Under the pieces are notes generated by a model. It ran no database searches. It saw nothing but the letters and a program-made list of their open reading frames with translations, and had not been told where the DNA came from. From NCBI GenBank assembly GCA_012295275.1, contig CM022670.1, positions 29,388,001 to 29,452,000 on the forward strand: a DNA stretch of 64,000 bases. The letters are read 5' to 3'. The DNA comes from Chrysomallon squamiferum. Lineage: Eukaryota > Animalia > Mollusca. Below are positions 26,141-40,670 of this stretch, piece by piece. Positions within the stretch are counted from its first letter, which is position 1; each line of letters opens with the position of its first letter. The translations under genes were made by a program, and so were the position numbers.

Positions 26141-29100
26141 CTAAGCAGATTCTATTACCAATTTATTGTTCTAGCTATAAACTTGATATTATTCCATTCA
26201 GTAGAACCATCATAATTCAGTTGAACTAAATACAGAATAGTTACCTTGATGTTACCGAAATCATGTTAATTGTGTGTGAGCTCTGAAAAGGATATACTAC
26301 ATTGTCCTATTCAGTCAAAAAGAAAAATTAGAGTTGACTGATAACATTTTTGGAGATTTGAGTGAGCAAAATAGTGGTTAATTATATTGTTTTGGTCAGT
26401 ATTGTTGGTTTCAATGATCAGTGTATGTTCTTACTGATTGTTACTTCCACAAGTATCATCATGCATTGGATGTGAAATAACTAAACTGTGCTGTTGACAA
26501 ACAACATAACAGATTTGTGAACTAGTTCCTACATTATTTATATATTGCCAGCATTAGTACTGTCATTCATTAAGTATGAATTTCACTTGTAGAATTGATG
26601 TATGCCAAACATTTACCTTCAGATGTTTACTTTGGGCATGTACAGTTGCCAGTACTTTTATATCACCATTTTAATTTTGAATGTTTTCTTTTTGCTTTCA
26701 TTGCTTTACCAAATTACATCATATGCTTACTTTTTTAATATATACTTTGATATTACTGAATCTTTTGTTAGTAATTTATAAAATTTCACCCAATTCTTGA
26801 ATATTAAAAAAAAAAAAAGAGTAAAGTTTTTAATATATTGTAATTTTCTTTTTGTCAGTCTCATATTTTCAAACTTCAGATTCTTATTAAATTTTTTATC
26901 ATCAGAAATTTTAATTCATTTATGCTTTGTTTAAAATGCTATTACATATGATATTCCATTGAAGAATTGATTTCATTTAGAAAATACTTTATTTTGAAAT
27001 GGTAGTCAAATATGTTTCTTAAATAACATTACTCTTAAATCTCAGAACCAGTTATATACACCTGTTATAAATTTCTACATTCAGCTTCTTTTTCTAATTA
27101 TCATTTCAGAATGGAAAAGAAAAAAGATTGTCACTTTTATTTAATAGCATTTTATTTTGCATAGTTTTGGAATGTAATTAATATTCTATACCTGACTAAA
27201 TATTCCCTTTCATTTTTTTTTTAAAGGGTCAGAATTTTTTGCACATACATATATAGAAATTCATTTTAAAACAACTTCCAGATTTTTAGAATAAAACTTA
27301 CATTTTACAGGCTTTTATTATAATTTTTATTACTCCTTGGCCAAACATCTTGAAAAAATAAAAGTAATTGCAAAAAGGCAAATAAATATGAATAATCTAA
27401 AATGTTGTATATGTGCTTGTATGAATTTTTATAAATGTTAATATTATATATACAGTTTGTGACAGTTAAAATTAATGTTTAAATATTTAGTTTTACTCAT
27501 GACAAAACTTGCCATTTCTTTATACATGCATTTTATGAATGTTCAATCACAAATGTCCATTTTATATTTCACAAATAACATTATTGTACTATTTACAATT
27601 GTGGCAGTATGAATGCATGCTTAAATAGACATTCTTCATAATATAACATGATTTTTTGGATGTTATAAATATACGTATATACATCTCATCAAAGCATGAT
27701 GCGAAATTTGAGGCATTTTAGTTTCCATGGTATGTATAAAGCATTTAAGCTGTAACCAAAATGTTTTCTAATAATGGTTTCTTAATAATGTTCTCCAGTG
27801 ATATTGATAGAATGTAATAGCATTTTCTTTTCAGCATGTATCTATTTATAGAGAGTTGAAATAGGAAGAAAAAAATTAGACTAATAATTTTATAATCCAA
27901 AAGTTATTGGTTTTATCAATTTGTTACAAGTTTTTGTTTAACAAGTAAAATTGTAATAAACTATTGATATTTTGCTGCTTAGGTAACTTGATAAATAAAT
28001 CAGAAGAAATGTGTTCATGTAATTAATTGATATATTAAAGTAAAGGGGGATAACAGTAGAATGACTAAATTAGACTGTCAAAAGAGTTTTCTGTTTAAAC
28101 TACCCTAGTTTCAAGGTTCCATTCAGCTACTATTAATATGTTAAAACTTCCTGAACTGGATTTTGGGATGCATATGTTGTGACAAAATTAGTTTAATTTC
28201 TGTTGATGCATTATTATTTTTTTAACTTTTGAAAAACTAAGACAGTTTACATGACTTCATTTCAGGCTTAATAAGCAGTGAACTACAATAAACATTAAAT
28301 ATAATTATAGTGCTTACAGCCTGTGTTCAGTATGAAATTATTAACTATAAATTAGGAGGTTGATGACTACAGGAAGTTACAATTCTATGCAAACTGGGAC
28401 AGTTCACCAGTCTCACGGCAATGCAGTTTTGAGTCCATAATAGATGTGTTTAATAATAACTAAAACGATAAAAACATTGTCTTTAAGAACTTCAACAGTT
28501 AGAAACAAAGCAGGAATAATAAGTAAATTTTTTATTTTTGCTTATCCTTCAGTTGTAAATATTCATTTGATGAAACATCTATAATTACAAATCAACTGTG
28601 TAATAAATATAATGTTTGTAAGTGAATCCTGGCAGCTTGTTGTAAATGCCTGGATAATCGTTGTTACTATTTTAATTTTGTGGTTACAAATCCTTTTATC
28701 CCTGTTTTCAGAAAAGTTGATTTTGGCATTAAATTTATCAATTTACATTCTGATAAATTGGCTTTTTTTTTTTATTGTAACATTTTTTAAAAAAGTACTC
28801 GTTTTTTTAAGAAAATATATATGTAATTTAGAAAAAAAGAAAAAAAGATGAATTGAAGGGAAAATATAAATGAAAAATATTTGAAAAAGTAAATAAATAA
28901 AATAAGTAATTTCAATTTATTGCCCGTTAAATTTTTGTTCAGTATGTTCAAATGTGTAAATCTGTATAATATGCACTATATAATGACTGTCTTTGTTGGG
29001 GATCAGTTGTTATGTATGTAGAAAATTTACAAAATCATACTTTTAATTGTCAGTACTTGGTGTATTTTTTTCAAAATCTTTCCACATACTTTTCATTGCA

Positions 29101-32100
29101 ATTTTAGTATTATAATTTCTTCACCCTTCTCCCAGGTTAAATCAAAGTGATTTTAGTGAAAAGAAATACTTTACATAATCATGGTTTTAATTTGTTGTTA
29201 GGATAGAAAAATTTCCAACAAAATTTATAGGCTGCCATATTATACATTGTTATAGCTAATACTGAACAATTCTGTTAAAAATAAATTTATTTTTTGAAAA
29301 TGGCGAATTTTATTTATCAATGTTACTTTTTGTGTTTACAATTATATAAATTTATATGTGATGTTTTTTGTTTACTTATTTTAGTAATTTGTTTTTAATA
29401 AAAACCATCTTGTTGTAGAACTAAAAGTTGGTAATATAATTACATTCTGTCTGTTCTAAATTCACCATCTATATATCTGCTAAACCATCTATATATATAT
29501 GTGAATCATAGGCATAGAAATGGTAAAACTTTTTGAGATGAATTCTTTTGCACATAAGCTAGAATTTTAATCCACCGATTTTATCATTGATAGGATTTAC
29601 TTGTGGGCAGGATTATTAAATTGTGGGATATCTGCATATTCAAGTAGATGTTTTTGAGGTATACCATTTTGTGCATGCATACTGTACATCTGCCTCCCCT
29701 GCATATAAAAGATATTAGATATAGAATATTTATATCTTGTCAACATTTGTTATTTCTATGTGTCAAATTTTGAGGTTAAAAAAAGTCTTCAAAAGAATTT
29801 CATCATTAAAAGCTTTAAAGCATAGCTTTTATAACTGGTATGGTTTATTTTTCCCATTTTTTAAATTATATTTAACATGGCACCCACCCACACACACAGA
29901 CATACACATATACTCACACATAAACATACTCAAATTTTTTTGTTCACTTATAATCATTTTCAATTAGAAATAAATGTTTAATAATTTTATCAGTTGAAAT
30001 GTATAATTCTCTTTCCATTTTTCTCTTTTACATTTAAGGTAAGAAAATATTTCATCAGTTTATACTTAATTGGTTTGTATATACCTGGTCAGTAATTTGT
30101 ACATTTGCTGTAAAATACATATTTAGCCTCTCATAACTACTTACATTTGCTTTAGCTTAGATTTAAATCTTAACTTACCATCTGAAATTATCAAAAAAAG
30201 AAGAAAAACTACAAAAAAAAGTGGAAAAGAAAAAGAAAAGGATGCTCATAGAAAGATAAAAATTTGGGTTGACTTTACAGTATTTAATGCAGATTAGATG
30301 TATGGAAATTTTAATATGTTGTTTGTGTGTATGTTTACACACATACACACATATATGTTTGTAATAATTAATGGATTGATAAAATGATTACGATACAAAT
30401 TGAAGGCAGTACATATTAAAAAAAGAATAACAATAATAAAATAAATATATGAAACTTAAAAAAAAAAAAAGAATCCTAAACAACCATCTTATTCATCAGT
30501 ATGAATGAAACTATTTTTAAAATCTTTTTTTAGAAAACTAAAACAATTATTTATTTAGGTCTTTAAAATACATGTTTTATCACAAAATCTTAATATTTTC
30601 ATTACAGTTATGCTGTTGGCAGTGATTTTAGTAACTTCTTTTTAAAAGATCTTTATTTTTATCTGATTATATTACTGATATGAAAAGTGAAAATCTAAAA
30701 ATTTAGAAGTATTTAGTAGTCATGCTTGTCAGTTAACTGTTTTTTTTTTTTTATAGTACAGTGTTTTCTCTAACTGGAGTATATGTCAATACTTAATTTC
30801 TGTTCATGTCATTCTGATGCACAGAATTCCCCATGAATCTTGTTATTTTTCTAAGTATCTTTCTAAGTTACTTTTGACAAAATGTTGAACTGTATAAACT
30901 GCTGGTCAGTTTTAAGAAGTGCTATGGAATTTGATACAATATATGTATGGCCCTAATTAACAACTATTTATCAACAACACACAAAAATAATATTAATTAC
31001 AACAGTTGATGATAAATTTGTAAAATGTTTATTTCCACAAATATTCTACAAGTCTCAATGTTTGGCCAAGACAGAGTAGATAGCTGTGTATAGAAGACTG
31101 AGCCAGTTTAAGACCAATGACTTAACCTCAGTATTATTACAATTGTTTCTCTACCCCATTACTTATTTTTTCAATGTCATTTAGAAATATTACACTTTTA
31201 TCTCCTACAGCATTATTCTGTATTGTCATTTTTGCTTTCTTCTTCTTCAGGATGGCAAATGTTTTTGTTTGTTTTGGCTCTTAGCTGCTTTGAAAAAAGA
31301 AATAATTATTCCTAAGACTTAATAATGAAGTCTGATAATTACATTGATCTAGTCATTTGTGTCATTTTCATCAAATTTACTCTAAAATTATGCTGAAATG
31401 CAGCTCATTGTTTTTGATTTTGTTATGGTTATACAACATGCTTTATGAAAATTGTCAGCAACAGTTTAAGCCAAAGTTCTTTCAGATGTTAATTGGAATG
31501 TTCTTATTGTGTACCTATAAAGAGTAGCTATTTTAATTGTCAGTATCCAATACATTATTTCCTGTCACCAAAATTGTATGCTGTGCACTACTTGTTCATT
31601 ATTAAACATGACAGTAAATGTTGGTTTTTGTTATTATTTTAGCAATTTATGACATTTGATAACATTTAATAAACATTTTTCAACACATTTATTTTCAAAG
31701 GAATAACTATTTCGTGGAGTATTTCTTATTAATACGGCAGAAATTATACTAGATATTGAACATAAAAAGACAGTAGCTACTACTGCTACTAAAAATAAAA
31801 GCAAAACCAATAATAAATTATTCATAAAATTAATGATTAATACTAATTTAACTGTTTACAACAATGTAACTTTATTACTCTCGAATAAAAACTGCTTAAA
31901 AATAGTTAAATGGATTTTTTATTTGCTTTAACATACAAACACATTATTGATTATAAGAAAATCAGTGACATATTTTGAAGGCTTCAGTATAATATAGTCA
32001 TAATTATGCTGTAATATAACAATAACCTCCCCTGCAGAACATTTGGTGCCACTCTTTCGTGTCTGATAAAAGTATTCCCGACCTTTGCTTATCAAATCAA

Positions 32101-32346
32101 TATTTTCCAGTAGTGCAGACAGCCATGATGTCGCGATAATCGGTGTACACGCAGAGAAGGTCCTTGTAAACAACACAAAGCGTATTTACTAAGTTGGAGG
32201 CTACGACCTATTTATATTCACATCTTTTTGTTTATAAAATAAAATAATTATTAATGTATATATATGTACAGTTGCACTTTTCTTTGTGGGTGTGCGCGAG
32301 TGTATATGACTCTTTGCTGGGTTGTCATGTTTGTTTTTGCAATGAA

Positions 32347-32354
32347 CGGAAGTG
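32347..32354 (+). promoter_or_regulatory. ETS/GABP-type site (CGGAAGTG) upstream of OMA1
   Basis: Motif in a CpG-rich stretch about 240 bp before the ATG; common in promoters of nuclear mitochondrial genes. Confidence 0.35.
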
Positions 32355-32592
32355 AAACCTATTTTGTCTTAATTTTGGTTTCTGTGCTCAGTCTAGTTAT
32401 CATCCTTGTGTCATTGAACGAGAAAAGAGACCGGTTATTATTTTATGACAAACAAAAACAGTCGTGTAAAGTTATATTCGGCATGATTAGAGTGTATACA
32501 TCGTGTGATAAGTCTTTAAGCAGAAACTATTAAATGTGAAAAAATAGGAAAAGTAATATTTCCATCCACGTATTTTTACAAACAGCTACAAT

Positions 32593-35500
32593 ATGGTCAG
32601 TATTTTACAGACAGCAAGGACTTGCTTGTCTTTCCCAACTCTTCGAGATGTATGTTTTTCCAAGCGATATTGTCTGTCAGAAGATTTGTTTAATAAATTA
32701 ACATTCTCTGGGAAATATATAAATTCAAGAACCTCATCAATTCTTACAAACAGTTTAAATCGACAACATTATTATAATTATTTATGTCGTGAATGTTTCT
32801 CAACAAGTCCCCGTCGAAGTATTCCTCCATTAATCTGGTTGCTGGTTAAACCACTAGCAAAACTTTCAGCTGCTTTAACGGGAAGGTACATACTGAACAA
32901 AATTCAGTACTTTTTCTTCTTCTCTCGTATTAATTTTTGTAACAATACTGTTAATAGAAATAAATTTTAAAATTAACAAGGAACAGTTATAAAGCAAATT
33001 CTAGAAAGTACTTTATATATATTATTGATTAATACGGAAACTTTGTAAATTAATTGATTAAATATAATAACTGAAAAAGGTTAAAATAGATTATTTTTGG
33101 TTTTGCCAAACAAAAATGGAAATGAACTTAATGTCATTATTCTTTAAAAAAAATTAAAATGGGGAAAATACTGATTATTTTATTTTGCTAGAGGTATCAG
33201 GAGATGGTGGCAGACATTACCAAAACATAAAAAGAGGTATTTCATGGAGCGGATGAAACAGAACTGGCCAGTGTTTGCACTGTCAAGTGGTGGGCTGGTA
33301 TTTGCTGGGCTGGTATATTATGAGTTACACATTCAAGAAACTCCTGTCACTGGCAGAAAACGTTTTATTGCAGTCACTCCTGAACAGCTGAAGACAATAG
33401 CAGCAGCAGAGGCCCAGACAGTTAGAATAATTTTATTATATATACACACATACACACATACACATACATATAAAATTTAAAACTATTATTATAATAATTT
33501 ATATATTAAATGTTTTTTTTATTAAATAGAGGATTAATAATAGTGTGAACGCACACATTTCTTGGTAAATGTATATATAACTGATATGTTTACATTTTGA
33601 CAAATGAATAAATATTAATCTTTTTATGTATTTATTTATTATTTTATATTCAGCATCGTGATAAATACCAAGGTTCACTTGTTCCTAAAAACAAACCAGT
33701 ATGGAAACGCGTGGAATGTGTAGCAAACAGAATCATCGAGTCAAATCCAGTCATTAAGAAAATGGATGTGAAGAAATGGCAGTTGACTGTTATTGATGAC
33801 AAAACAATTAATGCTTTTGTAGTTTGTGTAAGTTATATTTGTGTCTTTTTCAAATGGTTTTAAATATTTAATAAACAAATAAGTAAACATTTTATTATAA
33901 GGTCATAAATAATATTTTTCAGAAAGACATTCATTCTTTGTGTACTTTGACATGAATTTCAGGGTGGGAGTAACTCTTTATTTTTATTCTTATTTTTAAA
34001 AGATAAAATAAAATTAGAAAAGTTTAACTTAAATTGTTCAGGGAAATTCCATTTGATAGTAATTGTTAACTTAATTAGTGTGAGACAAAACTGAAAAAAA
34101 GAAAAAGTAATCAGGACTTTATTTGTTTTAAAGAGTGATGGAAAGTAAATGAATTTCAAATACATTTTTTATTACAGAACTTAAATCTTGTGTTTAATTA
34201 TTTATTTATTTTTTTATTTAGAGAGTTTTAATGTTATTTTGTAAGAATTGTTTTAAAAATATTTCTGTTTAATTACTTTGTTCTGGTTCTTTTTAAGAAT
34301 GGTCATATTTTTGTGTTTGTTGGACTGGTTGATTTTGTTGACAATGATGATCAGCTGGCTTGTGTACTGGGCCATGAAATGGCACATGCTTTGCTCTCTC
34401 ATAGTGTATGTAACAACATCAGATACAACAGCATTTTGAAAAAAAGAAATTCTTATCAATATTTTAGTTTTTTGAAGTAATTGAATTTATCTAAAATAAA
34501 CTGTAAGGAAGACTTCAAGAAAAATGCTACTGGTATAAAATATATACTAGAATGATGTCATTTAACTGGCATAATTACTCAAATTAATACAATAATATTT
34601 TATAATTTTATTTTTTATCCTTAACAGAAAAAGAAAACCTGAGAAAATTAATCATAAATTTATAACAAACCTGTTTAAATACAATTATTTCAATGTCTCA
34701 GTAAAAGATAAGGATAATAGTTACATATATTTCAGCCTGTTACTTTACCTTTTAGGCAGAACTGATAAGTTATGCACAGTTAATGGATTTTATTGTCATT
34801 GCTTTTATGGCTGCCATCTGGATGATTGTGCCAACAGATGGAGTTGCCCTGCTGACTCAGTGGTTCAACAATAAAGTGTTGGAGGCAAGTAAGCTGACAA
34901 GAATACTTTTAACACAGTAATATCTGTCTTCAATGAAAGACATTAGAAAATTTGTATTCACAGATATTATTTTCATTTGTTAATTAATGAATATAACTTT
35001 ATTTCAAAGACTTTTTTCTTATTAGTGCAAAAGTTCGTACAAAATATTTAGCATTAGTTTTAATCTCAAAGATACAAAAATATTTGATCAACATCCAACA
35101 ACTGTTAATATTAAAATACAGTATGTTGAGTATTAAACTTTTATTCATGCATTTCTTAAATATTTCACTTGTGAAAAGTAATGTTTTGTATATGTGATTA
35201 AACTGAAAAAAGAATGATCAATATGTTTATTCTTTAATGAGCACATCTGAAACATACAGAAGAAAAATATTACTTTATAAAAAATTTGTTGCCTTTATCA
35301 GTTATTTTCATCTCATTTATTTTAGCTGATCCTACATTTGCCATACAGCCGAAAATTAGAAAAAGAGGCAGATAAAGTTGGCCTGGCTTTGGCTGCAAGG
35401 GTGTGTATAAACATACATTATTTATGTGAAAATAAATAAAATATTCTTGGTATAAAGTCAGTTTAATACGTTATAATTTCATAAATGTAATTCAGAAGTA

Positions 35501-36569
35501 CATATGAATTGTCTTTCAGTTTGACGAACTTTAAAGCTTGTTCTTGTAACTGAAATTTAAAACTGATTATTATTAGGCTTGTTATGATGTCCGAGCTGGC
35601 AGTGTTTTCTGGAAAAAGATGGAACTTCATGAGAAATACTTAATGAATGAAAGTGTGCCAGAGTGGCTTTCAACTCATCCTGCCAGTGAAAACCGAGTGA
35701 AATTTCTTGATTATCTGATTCCACAGGTATCCTGTTGTTTTTGTATTTGGGATGTGTCTCACACTTTTTTGGGGGTTGAACTTCATAAAAGTTTTTTTAA
35801 CTTTTCAGTCTTAATAATGAGTACTGTATTTAACAGCATATGATTAATGTAGTTACAATGGATTTCCTTAATAACTAAAAGCGATAAAAAAATTCAAATT
35901 AAGAAATAGATCTGGACTAAACTGAGTAAAAAAAAAAATAATAATCTAGAAATGTTTCATACTTTATTTCATAGTCAAATGTATCAAATAATATATTCAG
36001 AGACTGAATATTTTACAATGAAATATTATTATAGGTAATGTAGGCAAAATGTAGAAACATATGGCAACTGCTTCCTGGAATTTAAGGGGGGACTCTCTCA
36101 GAGCAATGCATTGCACGACCTTAAAAATTGCTAGTGAAGGTGGCAACACTGGTCATGTCATTATTTTGGTACTGGTTTGATGTTTTTAGTTTTGTAGAAT
36201 TGTGATTTGTTTTATGAACATGGTCATTTGTTCTACTTGGAGACGCCAGAGTTGCCATGTGGTAAATATATACTAATATTAAAGCCCTTGAATTGGAAAC
36301 CCTGTTCTTGTTTGTTATTCCTTAGATAGTGGTATATATTACATATATATATTGTATCAACTCAGATATGCTTGCCTTGCCTTCCCCATTTTATTGCTTT
36401 GTTTCAGGCACTGGAAATAAGAGAACATTGCAGATGTGTGCAGCTGCCTGCCCAGGATCCTAGGGATCAGTATAGGTACTTAGAACAAGATCTAAGTAAC
36501 ACAACCACAGCCCGCAGAGCTGGACAGAACCTACAGAAAGTGCCAGTTATAACTATCAGAGGGTCGTGA
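32593..36569 (+). CDS. OMA1: Mitochondrial metalloendopeptidase OMA1 (peptidase M48)
   Basis: Exons 32593-32885, 33192-33420, 33654-33827, 34298-34405, 34756-34884 (GC donor), 35326-35400, 35577-35726, 36408-36569. Arg/Ser-rich presequence; motifs ETPVTGRKRF, INAFV..GHIFVF, LGHEMAHALLSH (HEXXH), PYSRKLEKEAD, EWLSTHPASENR. Confidence 0.93.
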
Positions 36570-37323
36570 CATCAGTTAACTATAGCAACTGGTCAAAGTG
36601 TGAATGCCAAGCTACCTGATGAAGCTGCAACGAAGCAACTATATTTATTGTGTGAAAATATATATCTGTATATCGTATATCAGTGTGATTGACTGAATCA
36701 ATCTAAAATGTATTCATTATTAATATTTTATTTACACATTTTAATAAAAATTTATAAAATGATTTGGCAAAAAATAATGATGAGCTGAAAACTGGGAATA
36801 TGTTTTATAATGTTTATTGTTCACCTGGATTAAAGCAGAGGCACAAAATAATTGTATATTCAGAAATAAAAAAACAACAAAACAAAATGTATTTGTGCAA
36901 TTTAAATATTGTGAAGGTTTGTTTAGAACTCAATAATTTATCAATTTTGTGCCTGTCTTATTTTACAGATACATATTTTAGATTACATAAAGAATTTTTT
37001 TTTTAAGTTCTTAGGTGCTGTATAATATGAGAAATAAAATAAGAAACAAAAAACTTAAAATTTGTTGATATTTTTATAAATATTTCAGTTCAGCAAATTA
37101 ATAATACATCCTGCATACACATACTTTAATAATGCTAAACTTAATTATTTTCATTAGCTTACTCAGGATGGAGGTGGTACAGCAGGCATAAAAACATAAT
37201 TCCTAGCTGAACAGATGTATTGTGATATAATCTTGTCATTTTTTGTAAACCCAACTATCACTGCAGGAAAACAATTAATTAAAAAAATATTGTCACCACT
37301 TTTAAGATTTGATATTTGCTTCT

Positions 37324-39142
37324 GGGTCATTCCATGTCAAATCACCCAGCTGGTAAAACCCAACCGCCTCAGATTTGTTTGAAACTTTAGGCCAATCGGA
37401 TCAGTGGTGTGGGAGATATGGCCCTCCGAATTTTGAGATTTTCGGCAAAAATGGGTATGACCACCAACCTTTGAACCCTCATATCTCAGGAACTACTGGG
37501 CCAATCTTCATAAAATTGGAATTGTTGAAAATTTTGGGGTACACTGACCTTTTGACCTTTGTTATCCCCATTGAGCTCATGGCAATTATAAGTTTAAGGC
37601 AAAGAAGTTTCTTCATCTGCATTTCTTTGACAATCTGAAGCTTTCAAGTTGGACACAATGTCAGATGTTGATATGTAAGCATTATGTTTTCTTCATAAAA
37701 CCTATTAAGTCATTTTATCAAGTCATGTGGCCTTGCCAATGGTTTTGAACAAGGTTTCAGTCAACTACAATACAACACAGTCTGAAATCTCAGTCTGTAA
37801 CTGTGTATTCTTTTTTGAGTGTTGTTATTCCATGCCTTCAGACTGAGTTTCCTCATGTGAAAAAGATTCATTATTTCACTGATGGCTGTCCTGGAACATA
37901 TAAAAATAAGAACAATTTTGTTAACCTGTGCCATCATGAAGAGGACTGGGTTGGAAGGTGAATGGAACTTTTTTGCAACAAGCCACGGCAAAAGTACCTC
38001 TGATGGAATTGGGGGGGGGGGATGGTGGAGAGGTTGCTGACAAAGGCCAGTTTGCAGTGTCCCTACACTGACCCAATCCTGACCAGTGAGGCTATCAGAT
38101 TTCTGCATCAAGAATATTCCAGGCATTCACTTCTTCAACATCACACCAGACCACATAGCAAAGCATTAGTTGGAACTACAAGAGAGGTTTCAAGTGGAAA
38201 AACGGTCAAGGTAACACAGCAGTTTCACTGGTTAGTTCCATTATCTAAATCAAAGATTCATGCCTACAAGCTGAGCCTGAACTAGTATCTGTCCAGGATT
38301 CTTAGGATGATATGACAGTTACCACACAAGCCTTCCATTGAAGCCAAGAAGCAAAACTATGTTGTCTCTATGACAATGAGGCATGTACTCTCTGAGTAAA
38401 AAGGATGATGCTAGAATTGCAAGATTATGGGAGAAGTGGGTTACTGAAGATTCTGACTGCTGAACAGGTGAGAAGTAAATGAGGTAAGTTGTTTGATAGC
38501 ATATGAACATACATGAAGGCCTACAATGTCTTACTCGGCGATCAAGAGACAAGGTGATTCCTAACATCCAGAATTGATCATTCATATTTTAGTTAATAAT
38601 ATGTTAATGCCAGAAAAGGTGTTATTTTCATGGATGTGCATTTTTTAAATCTATATTGTGGCTAAAGAAAAAATATTACACCTACAATGTCTTACTCGGC
38701 GATCAAGAGACAAGGTGATTCCTAACATCCAGAATTGATCATTCATATTTTAGTTAATAATATGTTAATGCCAGAAAAGGTGTTATTTTTATGGATGTGC
38801 ATTTTTTAAATCTATATTGTGGCTAAAGAAAAAATATTGCACCATGGAAACTTTTATATGTTTTAGTTAACATGTTGCAGATTTGGAATCCTTGTCATAT
38901 TGTCTTTTCAATTTTATGAAGATTGGCCCTGCAGTTCCTGAGATATGAGGGTTCAAAGGTTGGTGGTCATGCCCATTTTTTCCAAAAATCTCAATTCGGG
39001 GGGCCATATCTCCCACACCACTGGTCTGATTGGCCAGATTTGGTGCTGTGGGATCCCAGTCAACAAGTATACCAAGTTTCATAAAAATCTGAGACGGTTT
39101 GGTTTAAATTTATTTTTTGGTTGATTTGAGACGGAATGACCC
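37324..39142 (+). mobile_element. Non-autonomous Sola2-like DNA transposon (1819 bp) with a transposase remnant
   Basis: Termini GGGTCATTCC and GGAATGACCC, imperfect TIRs of about 200 bp, 4-bp TSD TTCT (37320-37323 and 39143-39146). Frameshifted transposase at about 37790-38250: IHYFTDGCPGTYKNKNNFVNLCHHEED/EWNFFATSHGKSTSDGIGG/VERLLTKASLQ. GRG...CYC ends with a 4-bp TSD fit Sola2. Confidence 0.8.
38520..38841. repeat. 161-bp near-perfect tandem duplication inside the Sola2-like element
   Basis: cctacaatgtcttactcggcgatc...gaaaaaatatt occurs at 38520 and again at 38681. Confidence 0.9.
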
Positions 39143-39972
39143 TTCTACAGGAGGGCAGTGGTTGAAAAAAAAAATAAAGAAAAAAGATAGTAACTGAAAT
39201 GAACTGAAAAACTAATTAGAACAAGTTGTCATGAAGCACATCTCTCTGTCGCACAATATCCCTTGACACAAAAATCTTTAGTAAAAGGCAAAATATCCAG
39301 TGAAAACACAGGACTGTTTTTCCAAACACAAATCAATTAACATAATGCAGTTTCTGTTCACAATCAGCAGTGGTATGTACTTCCAACTGTTTTCTTGTAT
39401 TCATTTATCAGAGGAAAATAGGAAAACAAATACAACATCAGAGAAATGTATAAAAAATAATTATAGTAAATGCAAATATTACATTGTAATCATTAAATGA
39501 AAAACAAATATGAAAAGCATTTTCTAACTTGTGACTCCAAGATGTTTAGTTGAATTATCTGGCAAAAAAAAAAAGAAAGAAAAAAGTGAGAGAGAAAATA
39601 ATTATAAAATGTTACTGTCACAATCTTTACATTTGTTAAAATGTTACTAAAATAATCATTATCAGGAAATAGATTTTTGTTGTAAATGAATTTGACTGTT
39701 AAAATATTTAGATTTTAAAAAACATTTTGTACCTCAAGAAATTTTTTATTGAATACTTTGATATAATTAATTATAACAAAAAACAAAAATATAAAATATG
39801 TTACTGATCATACTGAGGGTGGTTAGAAAATAATTCAGCTTGACATAAAGCTGACATATTCAAAATTCTTTAATATAAACATAGAAATTTCCACAAATCT
39901 TGTTTAATAATATTCAGATGATTTGTATCTTCCTCTATACATTCCAGCAATATTATATTAACCCATTTAGCC

Positions 39973-40007
<35 letters not shown>

Positions 40008-40670
40008 TATTTTTCAAATAAAAAAAATAAAGAATGTTTCTCAGTTGTATTGAAAGAACACAGACTTTTGCAACAAAAACAGTTGAACTGAAATAAATTG
40101 TGAACTTGTAACCTGGATAAAAGCTGCAACAACAATAATATACACATGCAAACACCTTATATATTAAATTTTAACTATATCAGTGCCTTTGTGAATTATT
40201 TATATGTATTGGCCATATTTGCACCAAATGATCCAGCTGGTACATTCTAATCTGCTGGGACTGATGTGCCCAAGTCACTCAACCTTTGAAGATAGCCAAA
40301 TCCTGACCAGGAAGCTCAGGTGAAACTGACGGACTTTCCCAGGCAGATGTCGAGAAGGTGCAGAGGACTATGCAATCACATTGTGTAAACAAACTCGACT
40401 GGCTTGCTACACGTTTGTTTGTGAGTCCGTATGCCACCAAGTGTATAATCGTGTATACATCAGTACGAATGTTTGGAATGCTTTATGTACGTTTTGTGTA
40501 TCAGTATGTCTGTTATGTATATGCTTGTTCATTCATGCTTGAGCACAGAAGTTCATTTGTGAATGTGTGTGCCTCTACATTGTGTATGTGTATATACATA
40601 CATTCATACACACACCTGTGTTTATTTGTGTTTGAGTGTATGTGTTTATTTATTTGTGCAGATCTTTGTG

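Noticed and set aside
31928-32176. Divergent minus-strand gene at the OMA1 promoter
   Set aside because: No recognisable domain and no consistent downstream exons found
36060-36304. hAT-like element in the last OMA1 intron (tggcaacactg and tggaaaccctg ends)
   Set aside because: Only short TIR-like words in one orientation; no paired ends or TSD
37375-39082. Similar ORFs at 37375-37638 (+) and 38867-39082 (-) as a duplicated gene pair
   Set aside because: They are the two TIRs of the Sola2-like element read inward
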